NCBI GenBank assembly: GCA_017541665.1
Contig: JAFXYP010000069.1
Span: 27,945-91,944, forward strand
Direction: 5' to 3'
DNA from: Lentisphaeria bacterium
GTDB lineage: Bacteria; Verrucomicrobiota; Lentisphaeria; Victivallales; UBA1829
Length of the DNA: 64,000 nt
Each line of letters opens with the position of its first letter. Position 1 is the first letter of the stretch. Shown here piece after piece: positions 63,163 through 64,000 of the stretch. Made by a program: the position numbers and the translations under genes. The notes under the pieces were generated by a model that did no database searches, was not told the DNA's origin, and saw only the letters and a list, made by a program, of their open reading frames with translations.

Positions 63163-63231
63163 CCTCACCACCCCCGGCCGACTAACCCTCAGCGCGTCCT
63201 TTCTGCTCAACCGCTGACTTCCTGCCCGGAG
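63163..63231 (+). repeat. Array boundary repeat 7 (left arm + core) plus 37-nt terminal tail
   Basis: CCTCACCACCCCCGGCCGACTAACCC then CGTCCTTTCTGCTCAACCGCTGACTTCCTGCCCGGAG. Confidence 0.85.
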
Positions 63232-63264
63232 ACGGCCGGCCTCGTTCTTGCCTGCGTCAGCGAA

Positions 63265-63465
63265 TTGTTTATTGTCGTTTCCGTGGTCGTGTTATTGACG
63301 ACGACAGGGTTCGGACCCCGTCAATCCGAACTCTCCGCGGAGGAGCTCGCGAAGCGCATGGAAGCGGCGGAAAATGGCGATGCCGAAGCGCAATGTCTTC
63401 TGGCCGATGCCTATTTCCTCGGGAACGGGATGGAGCAGGACCACGACGGGTTCCATGTGGTGTAG
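63265..63465 (+). pseudogene. Truncated Sel1-repeat protein fragment
   Basis: AAENGDAEAQCLLADAYFLGNGMEQD is one Sel1-like repeat followed by an early stop; no good start. Confidence 0.55.
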
Positions 63466-63497
63466 GGAAAATGCTCAGTCTTTTTCTGTTTTTTCGC

Positions 63498-63526
63498 TTG
63501 ATTTATTACGGACATGGTGATATAAT
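63498..63526 (+). promoter_or_regulatory. Sigma70-type promoter of the GH5 gene
   Basis: TTGATT-17 nt-TATAAT with TG extension. Confidence 0.65.
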
Positions 63527-63567
63527 ACAATCATAATCTCCCCCACTTTTTGATAAGGAGCAGACTC

Positions 63568-64000
63568 ATGAACAATGAAACAACACAAAAAGAAACGAAA
63601 TCGTCAAAATCATTATTTGTACTCATGGTGTTGATACTTTTTGGAACAATCCTTAACCTGGCGGGATGCAGTTCCGTAGACGGGGGAAGCAGAGTGCGAG
63701 TTTCCGACTTCAAAGTCAAGCGGGGAACAAACCTCAGCCACTGGTTTTCACAAACTCCCGTGCGAGGGGCTGCACGTGCAGCCAGAGTAAAGGAAGATGA
63801 TTTCATCCGCCTGAAAGAATTTGGATTTGACCATGTCAGAATCCCGATTGATGAAGAACAATTCTGGGACGACAACGGGAACAAACTGACGGATGCCTGG
63901 GAACTGCTGGATGCATCCATCAAGCTCGCACTCAAGCATGAACTGCGCGTAATCGTGGATTTGCATATCATCCGCAGTTTTTATTTCAATGCATCCATCG
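63568..64000 (+). CDS. GH5 glycoside hydrolase lipoprotein (partial, runs off window)
   Basis: TAAGGAG RBS; LAGC lipobox; RGTNLSHWFSQ, GFDHVRIPIDE, LRVIVDLH. Confidence 0.85.
   Translation, partial: MNNETTQKETKSSKSLFVLMVLILFGTILNLAGCSSVDGGSRVRVSDFKVKRGTNLSHWFSQTPVRGAARAARVKEDDFIRLKEFGFDHVRIPIDEEQFWDDNGNKLTDAWELLDASIKLALKHELRVIVDLHIIRSFYFNASI

Noticed and set aside
58412-63231. Boundary repeats as a CRISPR array or classical attC sites
   Set aside because: Spacers are whole genes of 0.4-1.2 kb, no cas or intI gene is present, and the repeats lack the attC palindrome and the downstream GTTRRRY

Overview
High-GC bacterial chromosomal window, probably from a PVC-superphylum organism such as Lentisphaerae/Victivallales (inferred from gene content only). 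In order: the 3' end of dnaA; an Mrp/ApbC ATPase; a PTS IIA protein; a four-gene minor-pilin (Verru_Chthon-like) cassette followed by a membrane Ser/Thr kinase; a pseudouridine synthase, tRNA-Asp, xerD and apbE; a ~23 kb minus-strand surface-polysaccharide locus in two transcription units with a UpxY/NusG-type antiterminator; GH2, GH43 and esterase genes; a 2236-aa AIDA-repeat/RTX surface protein behind a long structured leader; a hipBA-type TA pair; an array of co-oriented exported-protein genes; and a partial GH5. Three signals stand out. (1) At 58.4-63.2 kb every gene boundary carries a conserved non-palindromic repeat (consensus CCTCACCACCCCCAGCCGACTAACCCCGACACCACGGAG), arranged like tandem cassette integrations downstream of a duplicated promoter. 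(2) A 44-nt hairpin-containing element (39/44 identical) sits in the long leaders of both polysaccharide operons and is a candidate ops-like site for the UpxY paralog. (3) A ~300-nt structured, terminator-ended leader precedes the giant adhesin gene. All product calls come from motif recognition by eye; no database search was run.
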